Shown: positions 51,064 through 59,681 of the stretch, piece by piece | How the letters are laid out: every line of letters starts with the position of its first letter | How positions within the stretch are numbered: position 1 is the stretch's first letter | Source of the DNA: Alphaproteobacteria bacterium | GTDB taxonomy: Bacteria > Pseudomonadota > Alphaproteobacteria > UBA828 | Direction of reading: 5' to 3' | DNA: 64,000 nt | Assembly: GCA_963667785.2 (NCBI GenBank) | Contig: CAXXMU010000001.1 | Coordinates: 352,001 to 416,000, forward strand | The notes under the pieces: generated by a model | Told to the model about the DNA's origin: nothing | The model's database searches: none | What the model saw: the letters and a program-made list of their open reading frames with translations, nothing else | Position numbers and translations under genes: made by a program

Positions 51064-51194
51064 TATGTCGGCCACGGCGCATTCGCGCCGCCGGCACGGC
51101 CGAAGCCTCGCCGAGCGTGCGTCCGGTGCGCCGCAGCGGTCGACCGGAGGCTGCGGGGGTTGGGGCGCGGACCGGGTCAGCGAAGGAGGAGGCC

Positions 51195-53549
51195 GTGAAC
51201 GAGGCCGGCGAACCGGGGCACGAGGTCGAGGCGCTGCGCGAGCGTATCTCCGCGCTCAGCGCTGCGATCCTGCGCATCAGCGCGAGCCTCGACGTCACCA
51301 CCGTCCTGCAGGAGGCCGTCGACAGCGCCCGCGTGCTGACCGCCGCGCGCTACGGCATCATCACCACCATCGACGAGGCGGGCGAGGTGCGCGAGTTCGT
51401 CACCTCGGGCTTTACCCCCGAGGAGAAGCATCAGTTCGTCGACTGGCCGGACGGGCCGAAGCTGTTCGCGCATTTCCGCGACCTGCCCGGCCCTGTCCGA
51501 CTCACCGACCTCCCCGCCCTGGTCCGCTCCCTCGGCTTCTCCCCGGACCTGATGCGCTCCAGGACCTTCCAGGGCACGCCGATGCGCCACCGGGGTGTCC
51601 ATGTCGGCAACTTCTTCCTCGCCGAGAAGGAGGGAGCGCCGGCGTTCACGGACGAAGACGAGGAGATCCTGCTCCTGTTCGCAAGCCAGGCGGCGACCGC
51701 CATCGTCAACGCCCGAACCCACCGCGACGAGCAGCGGGCACGGGCCGACCTGGAGGCGCTCATCGAGACCTCGCCGTTCGGCGTCGTGGTGTTCGATGCC
51801 CGGAGCGGCCGGCCGGTTTCCGTCAACCGCGAGGCGCGGCGCATCACAGAAGGCCTGCGCACGGCCGGTCGCCCGACGGAGGCGCTGCTGGAGGTGGTCT
51901 CCGTCCGCCGCGCCGACGGCCGCGAGGTGTCGCTCGGCGAGTTCCCCATCGCGGAGCGGCTCAACATCGGCGAGACGGTGCGTGCCGAGGAGATCGTGCT
52001 CTCGGTGCCGGACGGGCGCAGCGTCCGCACGCTGATCAACGCGACTCCGATCCATTCCGCCGATGACGGCATCGCCTCGGTCGTGGTCACCATGCAGGAC
52101 CTGGCGCCGCTCGAGGAGCTGGAGCGGCTGCGCGCGGAGTTCCTCGGCCTGGTAAGCCACGAGCTGCGCGCCCCGCTGGCGTCCATCATGGGCTCGGCCG
52201 CCACGCTTCTGGAAGAGGCGGCGGACCTCGATCCGGCGGAGATGCACGAGTTCCACCGCATCATCCGTGAGCAGGCCGGGCACATGCGCGGCCTCATCGG
52301 CGCCCTGCTCGACGCCGGGCGCATCGAAGCGGGCACGCTCTCGGTCTTGCCGGAGCCCTCGGAGGTTGCCGCGCTGGTGGACCGTGCGCGGAACACCTTC
52401 CTTTCCGGCGGCGGCCGGCACACCCTGCACATCGACCTGCCGCAGGACCTTCCCCGGGTGATGGCCGACCGCCGGCGCATCGTGCAGGTTCTGAACAACC
52501 TTCTGTCCAACGCCGCGAGGCACTCGCCGGAGTCCTCCCCGATCCGGGTCTCGGCCGAGCGCGACGGCGTTCACGTCGCCGTGTCGGTTTCCGACGAGGG
52601 CCGGGGCGTCGCGCCCGAGCAGCTGCCGCACCTCTTCCGCAAGTATGCCGACTCCGGCGGCGGCGAGCGCGCGACCGCAGGAACCGGCCTCGGGCTCGTC
52701 ATCTGCAGGGGTCTGGTGGAGGCTCACGGAGGCCGCATCCGCGCCGAGAGCGGTGGCACCGGCCAGGGTAGCCGCTTCACCTTCACCCTGCCGGTGGTCG
52801 AAGACATGGGTGAGGGCGAAGCCCCCCGTTCCGGCCGCCGCTCCGCCGCTCCGACGTCCGATCGGCGCGAGCCCACCCGCATTCTGGTGGTGGACGACGA
52901 CCCGAAGACACTTCGCTACGTGCGCGACATCCTCAGCGAAGCGGGCTACCCCCCCCTCGTGACGGGCGACCACGCGGACCTCTCCCACATCATCCGGACC
53001 GAGAAGCCATCCCTCGTCCTGCTCGACCTCATGCTGCCCGGCACCGACGGGATCGCGCTGATGGAGAGCGTGCCGGAGCTTGCCGACCTGCCGGTCGTCT
53101 TCATCTCCGGCTACGGACGTGACGAGACCGTCGCGAGGGCGTTGAAGGCGGGCGCCGCCGACTACATCGTCAAGCCGTTCTCACCCACCGAGCTCATCGC
53201 CAGGGTGGAGGCGGCGCTCCGACGCGTCGCACGCCCCGAACCCTTCGCGCTCGGCGAGCTCGCCATCCACTACGAGTCGCACCGGGTCACGGTCGCCGGG
53301 CGCGAGGTTATGCTCACCGCGACGGAGTACGAGCTACTGCGCGTCCTCTCGCTCAACGCGGGACGGGTCGTTACCTACGAGGCGCTGCTGCGCCAGGTCT
53401 GGGGCGGCCGCGAGGCCGGCGACATGGATCTCATCCGCAACTTCATCAAGAAACTCCGGGCGAAGATCGGCGAGGACGCGGCGAACCCGACCTGGATATT
53501 CAACGTTCGCGGGGTCGGCTACCGCATGGCCAAACCGGGCGAGGGGTGA
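51195..53549 (+). CDS. Soluble hybrid kinase: GAF-PAS-HisKA-HATPase-REC-OmpR/PhoB DNA-binding domain
   Basis: AAGGAGG RBS; FTDEDEEILLLFASQAA (GAF), VSHELRAPL, QVLNNLLSNA, GTGLGL, LVVDDD..LLDLMLP..DYIVKPF, LTATEYELL..LLRQVWG..NVRGVGYR. Confidence 0.92.
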   Translation: MNEAGEPGHEVEALRERISALSAAILRISASLDVTTVLQEAVDSARVLTAARYGIITTIDEAGEVREFVTSGFTPEEKHQFVDWPDGPKLFAHFRDLPGPVRLTDLPALVRSLGFSPDLMRSRTFQGTPMRHRGVHVGNFFLAEKEGAPAFTDEDEEILLLFASQAATAIVNARTHRDEQRARADLEALIETSPFGVVVFDARSGRPVSVNREARRITEGLRTAGRPTEALLEVVSVRRADGREVSLGEFPIAERLNIGETVRAEEIVLSVPDGRSVRTLINATPIHSADDGIASVVVTMQDLAPLEELERLRAEFLGLVSHELRAPLASIMGSAATLLEEAADLDPAEMHEFHRIIREQAGHMRGLIGALLDAGRIEAGTLSVLPEPSEVAALVDRARNTFLSGGGRHTLHIDLPQDLPRVMADRRRIVQVLNNLLSNAARHSPESSPIRVSAERDGVHVAVSVSDEGRGVAPEQLPHLFRKYADSGGGERATAGTGLGLVICRGLVEAHGGRIRAESGGTGQGSRFTFTLPVVEDMGEGEAPRSGRRSAAPTSDRREPTRILVVDDDPKTLRYVRDILSEAGYPPLVTGDHADLSHIIRTEKPSLVLLDLMLPGTDGIALMESVPELADLPVVFISGYGRDETVARALKAGAADYIVKPFSPTELIARVEAALRRVARPEPFALGELAIHYESHRVTVAGREVMLTATEYELLRVLSLNAGRVVTYEALLRQVWGGREAGDMDLIRNFIKKLRAKIGEDAANPTWIFNVRGVGYRMAKPGEG

Positions 53550-53673
53550 GGGTATCCCCCGATGCGAATGACGCGAGCGGCATTCGGCCGAATCCCGTCA
53601 GGAACCGTGCGCCCTCTCATTTCCCGGTAGGGCAATACGGAAACGACGGACACCGGCCCGGCGCCGGCCGCCT

Positions 53674-56235
53674 CTAGAACCGCCGGCTGTAGCGCGCGAG
53701 GATCGAGACTTCCCGTTCGCCCGCCACGTGTCCCGCGTCGTGCGAGGCGACCGCGGCCATGTGCGCCCGGCCGCCCGCCCAGGGACGCGAGTACGCGACC
53801 TCGAGGTCGAGTTGGCGGCCGGAGGGCTCGAGCCTCAGATCCGCCCGCTCGATCTCGACCCCTCCGCCGGGGCTCCGCCCGGACACCCACCGCAGCGCCG
53901 CGCGCCCCGCCTCGACGCGCAGCGGCTGCGACAGCCGGAACGCCAGCCGGTCGCCGCTCCGCCCGATATCCCGGCCCACGGCGCCCACCGCGAAGGCGCC
54001 GCTCCAGAGTCCCGATACCCCCCGCACGATGCCCTGGCGCAGACTGTCCGTCCGGTGCGTGCCGGCATGCGCGCTCCCCAACAGCGTCCAGTCCCCGCCC
54101 AGACGACGGGACGCCGTGAGGCCCGCGAGGATCGTCCCCGTCCCGAGCTCGCCGAAGGCGCCCTCGGGCCGGCTCCCCACCGCCCCGTCCGCTTCCGACA
54201 TCCATCCCGCCTGCAGTGCGAGGCCCGAATCGGCGAGCCCGCCGAAGCGGTACTCGGTGAGGGCGCCCGCGATCCCGTCGCTGCGCGCATCGGGCTGGCC
54301 GCCGTCCGGCCCCGTGGCCGCGAACGCCGCGATCCGGAGCGAGCCGGTGCCCAGGGGCGACGCCAGGCCGAGGCTGGTCCCGTCGCGGGCGAAGCCGAGA
54401 TACGGATTGGCGAATGCGCCGGCGTCGGCGAACGTGCCCGGCGCGAGCTCTCCCGCTTCCGGGCCGAACCGCGAGGCCAGCCGGCTGCGGTATCCGAACT
54501 CAAGTTGGCGGCTGCCGAAGTCGTGCATGACCGACAGCGACGCGAGCGCGGCCAAGCCGTCACCGACATCGGCACCGTGCGCGGCCGGGACGACATCGAG
54601 GCGCACCTGCAAGTCGTGCCCGTCCACCTCCCACGGCGTCCCCCGGGGATCGCGCCCCAATGCTCTCAGGCGGTCTGCGAGCGAGGAGCCGGCGAACCCC
54701 GCCAGCCGAAGGTAGTCGTCGAGGCGGCGGAAGAACGGTGCATCGAGCTCGTCGAAGCTCGCCACGTGCGCCGAGGCGAGTCCGCGTGCGAGCGAGTCCC
54801 CGAAGGCCGGGCCCAGGTAGAGCGCGCTCTGCGCCTCCGGCGACGATGCGCCGGAGAGCGAGACGCCGGTCAGCATCCGCTGTCCCCCGACCGGCCGGGT
54901 GGCCGTATCGAGGTCCAGGAAGCCTTGGCCGTACACGTCGGCGTCCGCGTACACGCCCGTCCTGTCGGCAGTGGCGAGAATGCGCTCCACGATCTCGTCA
55001 TTGCCGAGCTGATTGCGAAAATGCTGGGCGAGAAGCCCGATCCCGCCCGTCACGAACGGTGCCGCCGACGAGGTGCCGGCCTCTTCGACCGTAATGAAAC
55101 ACTGCGATGCGCCGGCCTCGCAGTGGAACGCCGGTGCCGGACCCGTGATGTCCACGCCGGGTGCCGCCAGACAGAACGCCTTGGCGATCCCGCAGCGGTT
55201 GGAGAAGTCGGCGATCGTGCCATCCGGGTTCGTCGCCACGACCGCCAGCGAATGGCCCCGTAGCTCCGGGAGCCGCACCGAAAGCCCGGGCAGGGGCTCG
55301 ACCGAGCTCGCCGACACCGGCGACCCGTCCGGTCCGATCTCGCCGTGGGCGTTGCCGGCCGCCCAGACGTAGATCGTGCGCTCGGCGGCCGCGGCATCCG
55401 CCTGCGCCATCGCCGCGATGGCGTTGGGAAAGCGTTCCCGCAGCTCCTGTGCGTCGAAGTCCTCGATGTTGCCGGGAACGCCGAAGCTGCAGTTGACCGC
55501 CGTCACCCGGCCGTTCAGCCGGGAGAAGGCAATCCCGGTGTCCCGCTCCAGTTCCCTCTCGAGCTGCGCTTCGACATCGAGGACCCGCGCCTGGAGCTCC
55601 TCGATCTGCTCGGGCGTGGGGTTCTCCGGGTACTCCGCAACGATCTCGTCGATGACCTCCTCCAGGTCGCGCGATCCCACGCCCACCGATATGACCCTGG
55701 CGTCGAACGCGACCCCGTGAACGGGCGGCCCGCCTGCCGCGTCCGTCTCCGGAGTCTCCTGCCGTGCGGCGGCCATGATGCCCGCGACCAGCGTTCCATG
55801 TCCCAGCCCGCTGAAGCACGTGCCGTCGGGGCCGACCTCGTCGCAGGTGCCGAAGTCGGGGTCGTAGTCCCCGACGTAGCTCGCTTCGAGCTTGCCTTCG
55901 AACTTGGGGTGATCGGGATCGACCCCGGTGTCGACGATCCCGAGCGTCACGCCCTCGCCGGTCGCGCCGCGGGCGTAGGCGTAGTGCGCCTTGATCCGGG
56001 CGAGCCCATCCTGGTTGCGGAACTCCTCGTGGCTGGCGTACTCCCCGCGCCGTTGCTCTTCCGTCTCGGGATCGGGGGTTCCGTCGACTAGGCGCACCGT
56101 CGTGCTGGTACCGCAACCCGCGAGCGCCAGGGCGAGAATCAGGACGACGGCGGGGGCTCCCGCCGCTCGGGCCGCCGCCCGGCGGGCTCGCGGTTTCGAA
56201 GCCGTGTGTCGGGTCGCCCACCCCACGCGTGTCAT
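53674..56235 (-). CDS. Lipoprotein S8 (subtilisin) serine peptidase with C-terminal beta-barrel-like domain
   Basis: Lipobox LALAGC; catalytic GIVDTG, GHGTLVAG, WAAGN, GTSSAAP; amphipathic strands ending ILARYSRRF. Confidence 0.88.
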   Translation of the reverse strand: MTRVGWATRHTASKPRARRAAARAAGAPAVVLILALALAGCGTSTTVRLVDGTPDPETEEQRRGEYASHEEFRNQDGLARIKAHYAYARGATGEGVTLGIVDTGVDPDHPKFEGKLEASYVGDYDPDFGTCDEVGPDGTCFSGLGHGTLVAGIMAAARQETPETDAAGGPPVHGVAFDARVISVGVGSRDLEEVIDEIVAEYPENPTPEQIEELQARVLDVEAQLERELERDTGIAFSRLNGRVTAVNCSFGVPGNIEDFDAQELRERFPNAIAAMAQADAAAAERTIYVWAAGNAHGEIGPDGSPVSASSVEPLPGLSVRLPELRGHSLAVVATNPDGTIADFSNRCGIAKAFCLAAPGVDITGPAPAFHCEAGASQCFITVEEAGTSSAAPFVTGGIGLLAQHFRNQLGNDEIVERILATADRTGVYADADVYGQGFLDLDTATRPVGGQRMLTGVSLSGASSPEAQSALYLGPAFGDSLARGLASAHVASFDELDAPFFRRLDDYLRLAGFAGSSLADRLRALGRDPRGTPWEVDGHDLQVRLDVVPAAHGADVGDGLAALASLSVMHDFGSRQLEFGYRSRLASRFGPEAGELAPGTFADAGAFANPYLGFARDGTSLGLASPLGTGSLRIAAFAATGPDGGQPDARSDGIAGALTEYRFGGLADSGLALQAGWMSEADGAVGSRPEGAFGELGTGTILAGLTASRRLGGDWTLLGSAHAGTHRTDSLRQGIVRGVSGLWSGAFAVGAVGRDIGRSGDRLAFRLSQPLRVEAGRAALRWVSGRSPGGGVEIERADLRLEPSGRQLDLEVAYSRPWAGGRAHMAAVASHDAGHVAGEREVSILARYSRRF

Positions 56236-56350
56236 CGGTTCCTTGCCCCTCGCCGTTTCGGAGTCAGTCCCGGACAATCCGTCGATGACCCACCCGCGCA
56301 GCGGTGTGCAGGAGCGTAGCCGCATACGGGGACAATAGGCGGAACAGTGT

Positions 56351-56397
56351 GAAAATTGTGTGCTATATCGACTAAAGTAAGTATCTTTTCCGTATAT
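56351..56397 (-). promoter_or_regulatory. Bipartite conserved motif, degenerate copy C upstream of the S8 peptidase
   Basis: Reverse complement ATATACGGAAAA...GCACACAATTTTC; box spacing 2 nt shorter than copies A and B. Confidence 0.4.
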
Positions 56398-56460
56398 TTC
56401 ATCGGCTCCGGGTAAGCGGTAAGAGCGCACCACCCTCGACGTCAAGTCGGACTTGAGGTG

Positions 56461-56497
56461 GGCGTAGGGTGTTGTTAAGCGTGGAAAACTGACCCCC
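56461..56497 (+). mobile_element. 37-bp inverted repeat, left copy (IS21-like terminus)
   Basis: ggcgtagggTGTTGTTAAGCGTGGAAAACTGACCCCC; 33/37 identical to the reverse complement of 59262-59298. Confidence 0.7.
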
Positions 56498-56529
56498 TAT
56501 TGGAGTGGGCCCCAGGGGCCCCCTCCAGT

Positions 56530-56665
56530 CTCGACGGTTGCGACGATCGCATCCTGTCGCTCTATGCGCGCGGCATGACGGTGCGCGAGATCCAGGGTCA
56601 CCTGCGGGAGCTCTACGGCGTCGCGGTCTCGCCTGACCTGATCAGCCGGGTGCCGAACGCGATTG
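56530..56665 (+). pseudogene. IS256-family transposase internal fragment
   Basis: DDRILSLYARGMTVREIQGHLRELYGVAVSPDLISRV, characteristic of IS256 (mutator) transposases; truncated at both ends. Confidence 0.85.
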
Positions 56666-56671
56666 TTACCT

Positions 56672-56735
56672 GCAACTCGCACGCACCGACGTGCGCGAAT
56701 GGATACGGCAGGCCTCGCCGGGTCGGCCCTCCTGC
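56672..56735 (+). repeat. Orphan fragment of the conserved leader
   Basis: caactcgcacgcaccgacgtg...cggcaggcctcgccgggtcgg matches 59576-59632 caacttgcacgcatcggcgtg...cggcaggcctcgccgagtcgg. Confidence 0.6.
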
Positions 56736-56739
56736 GCCG

Positions 56740-56876
56740 GCGGTGCGGCATCGCCACCAAGCACCTCGACAGCTATCTCAGGCGGTTCCATCTCATCGCT
56801 CTCGGCAATCCGCCCGCCGAGAGCGTGTCTCGAGGCGGCGATGACCAACCCAGGTCTACGTTTCGCAAACTGAGCC
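56740..56876 (+). pseudogene. IS1595-family transposase C-terminal remnant with probable terminal repeat
   Basis: GIATKHLDSYLRRFHL, then after a frameshift RACLEAAM...RFAN*; ends tttcgcaaactgagcc. Confidence 0.7.
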
Positions 56877-57239
56877 TAATTTTTGGCCAATTTCCCCAAA
56901 GTTGGGGACGCGAGAAAATCTGAAGTCTTCTAATACTTGTAATGACAGGGGCCCAGGCACTGCGCGGAACAATGTCTTGTCGTTTCCGCCGGGAGTTGAT
57001 GACAGCGAGTGTGCAAAGGAAGCCCATGAGGTGCGGCGTCGTCCCGGCCTTACGCGCCTACGTCGGAACCCGGCTGATGCGAAGAGCCGTCGAGGCGCCC
57101 GCACGGCGTGGCGCCGGACGCGATTCTTCCCGGCGACCCGCACGCGCTGTCGTGGGCGAACGGTTCCTGCAGGCCTTGCCGGGCCGGCTCTTCACCCATG
57201 CTGCCACCCCGGTCCCGGCTTCCGGAAAGGACGTGTGAA
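56861..57239 (+). repeat. Conserved 379-nt non-coding leader, copy 1
   Basis: Direct repeat of 59303-59681; includes identical ccaatttccccaaagttggggacgcgagaaaatctgaagtcttctaatacttgt; ends in GAAAGGA RBS. Confidence 0.85.
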
Positions 57240-57878
57240 ATGAAGACGCGACGATCGATTCTCGGCCTGTTGGCATTCGCAGCGATCATGGTCGTGGCGG
57301 GCGCAGCCCACGCTGACTGCTGGGGCGACAATAGAGTGACTTTTCATCATTCCGAGTGTCTGCACGGCTGGTGGGACAATAATGACTGGCCCAGAAAAAG
57401 TACTTTCGGAGCTCAAGTTCAAAACGATTGCCACCTATGGGGCACGGTGGTTGCTAAAGTTGACCTGGCGAGTTGCTCGGACAAGACGTGGCACCTCAAC
57501 AACACCAGTAAGAGAAGAGGCAGTGAAGCTTGTCGAGTCAACGGCATCCATTGCTGCAAAGATGTCGGAGACTTGTGCAACAAGAGCGATCTCGTGACCA
57601 TAGATGGGTGCACGAGCCAGTGGAACAGCAGTCCCGCAAGCGATACGTGCTACCTTTCAGGCGGTGAAACTACTGTGTTCGGCACGATAATGGGAACTGG
57701 TGTGCAATCCGTCACCGCGTCGAGCGCCAACTACACGTGCAGTTTCTGGGCCAAATGCCAGCAAATAGGACCCGACTGGACCCAGCAGGAAAACGCGACT
57801 TCGATCAAGGACGTGCACTGGCTCGATGCTGACGATGTGGTCAATTGCAATGGGGTGTTGAAGGAAGATTCGTGTTGA
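57240..57878 (+). CDS. Secreted cysteine-rich protein, paralog 1 (212 aa, 14 Cys)
   Basis: Sec signal MKTRRSILGLLAFAAIMVVAGAAHA; RBS; two paralogs downstream; codon usage less GC-rich than host. Confidence 0.88.
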   Translation: MKTRRSILGLLAFAAIMVVAGAAHADCWGDNRVTFHHSECLHGWWDNNDWPRKSTFGAQVQNDCHLWGTVVAKVDLASCSDKTWHLNNTSKRRGSEACRVNGIHCCKDVGDLCNKSDLVTIDGCTSQWNSSPASDTCYLSGGETTVFGTIMGTGVQSVTASSANYTCSFWAKCQQIGPDWTQQENATSIKDVHWLDADDVVNCNGVLKEDSC

Positions 57879-57941
57879 AGCAAGGGTGAAGACCACGTGC
57901 CTGACGGAAGTTCGTTCCTGGCAGGCGGGGTGGGGAGGGGA

Positions 57942-58084
57942 GCCCGCACGACGTGGCGCCGGACGCGATTCTTCCCGGCGACCCGCACGCGCCGTCGTGG
58001 GCGAACGATCCCTGCAGGCCTTGCCGAGCCGGCGCTTGACCTATGCCGCCACCCCGGTCCCAGCTTCCGGAAAGGACGCGTGAC
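57942..58084 (+). repeat. Conserved leader, partial copy 2 (3' 143 nt)
   Basis: Near-identical to 57097-57239 at a constant 845-nt offset. Confidence 0.85.
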
Positions 58085-58729
58085 ATGAAGATGCGACGAT
58101 CGATTCTCAGCCTGTTGGCATTCGCAGCGATCATGGTCGTTGCGGGCGCAGCCTACGCCTCCTGCACGGGCAGCAATAGAGTGAGTTTTCATCAGGCCGA
58201 GTGTCTGCATGGCTGGTGGGACAACAACCCATGGCCCGCGAAAAGCACCTTCGCAGTTCGAGTTAAAAACGATTGCCATCTATGGGGCACGGTGGTTGCC
58301 AAAATTGACCTGGCGAGTTGCTCGGACAAGACGTGGCACCTCAACGACACCAATAGGAGAAGGGGCAGTGAACGTTGTACAGTCAACGGCATCCATTGCT
58401 GCAAAGATGTTGGAGACTTGTGCAACAAGAGCGATCTCGTGACCATAGCGGGGTGCACGAGCCAATGGAACAGCAGCCCCGCAAGCGATACATGTGATCT
58501 CTCAGATGGGTCGACGTCGTCCGTCACTGCGGACACGGACGACCACACGTGCGATTTCTGGGCGAATTGCCAGTACACGGCGGACGACGGGACCACCCAG
58601 GAAAAAGCGACTTCGATCGGAGACGTGCACTGGCTCGATTCTGACAACCTGGTCAATTGCAATGGGGAGTTGAAGAAAAGTTACAATGATTGTACGTCAA
58701 CGGATGTAGTTCCGAATTGGCGACCATGA
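58085..58729 (+). CDS. Secreted cysteine-rich protein, paralog 2 (214 aa, 14 Cys)
   Basis: Signal MKMRRSILSLLAFAAIMVVAGAAYA; ECLHGWWDNN..W, TWHL, CCKDVGDLCNK, VNCNG.LK. Confidence 0.88.
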   Translation: MKMRRSILSLLAFAAIMVVAGAAYASCTGSNRVSFHQAECLHGWWDNNPWPAKSTFAVRVKNDCHLWGTVVAKIDLASCSDKTWHLNDTNRRRGSERCTVNGIHCCKDVGDLCNKSDLVTIAGCTSQWNSSPASDTCDLSDGSTSSVTADTDDHTCDFWANCQYTADDGTTQEKATSIGDVHWLDSDNLVNCNGELKKSYNDCTSTDVVPNWRP

Positions 58730-59261
58730 GAACCGCTTGCAAAACTCCCGGTCGCGATTGCCCATGAAGGTATCAATGCGAGAATTTGCCTAAGCTGCAA
58801 GCAAAACAGGGCGGAACTCTCTTCCGTCTCTCCAATGTCGAGAGCTGATCTGGCGACGGCGAGCCGATTCGACGGTGAGGGCCGTGTGCCAGGCGGATGA
58901 TGATGGCAACACCTTCATCGGGAAAGGAGCGACGCGCCATGGCAACCGAAAGTAGGATTCGCCGGAGGGGGGCCTGCGGGATTTCGCGGGATGGCGAGGG
59001 ATTCCGGCGGGACAGGCGGCCTTCATGTCCCACGCCGCCGCCGGCCTCCCCTCCCGCGCGCCGCTCCTTTCCGCTTGCCTGCGCCCTCGCCCATCATGCC
59101 GCCACTCTCGCACGACCGCCCCACGCTCTGCATCGCACCATGGTGCGGGGTATCCGGTCCTGTAAGCGCGCGCCAACCGACAAGAGGTCGGCCAAAGAGA
59201 GGGTCGGAAAGCAGGTCTGAAGCGCCCCCTGAATCAACCGCTCGATGTAGTCGCGGTCCTT

Positions 59262-59298
59262 GGGGGTCAATTTTCCATGCTTAACAACACACCACGCC
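59262..59298 (-). mobile_element. 37-bp inverted repeat, right copy (IS21-like terminus)
   Basis: Reverse complement ggcgtggtgTGTTGTTAAGCATGGAAAATTGACCCCC. Confidence 0.7.
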
Positions 59299-59302
59299 TG
59301 AA

Positions 59303-59681
59303 TTTCGCAAAATGAGCCTAATTTTTTGACCAATTTCCCCAAAGTTGGGGACGCGAGAAAATCTGAAGTCTTCTAATACTTGTGCTGACAGGGGTCGAGG
59401 CACCGCGCGGAACGACGTCTTGTCGTTTCCGCTAGGAGCCGTTGACAGCGAGTGTGCAAAGGGAGCCCACGAGGTGCAGCGTCATCTCAGACTTACGCGC
59501 CTTTGTCGGAACCCGGTTGGCGCGACGAGCCGTCGGTGCGCGCACGACCTGAGTGCCGGATGCGACTCTTCCCTTCAACTTGCACGCATCGGCGTGGGCG
59601 AACGAACGCGGCAGGCCTCGCCGAGTCGGTCCGCCGGACACGTCGCTACCCTGTTCCCAGCGTCCAGAAAGGAAATGTGAA
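59303..59681 (+). repeat. Conserved 379-nt non-coding leader, copy 3
   Basis: Direct repeat of 56861-57239, same length to the ATG. Confidence 0.85.

Noticed and set aside
56902-57243. Leader ORFs MGTRENLKSSNTC... (also 59345-59680) as a conserved peptide
   Set aside because: TTG start without RBS, and the two copies switch frame halfway; conservation is better explained at nucleotide level
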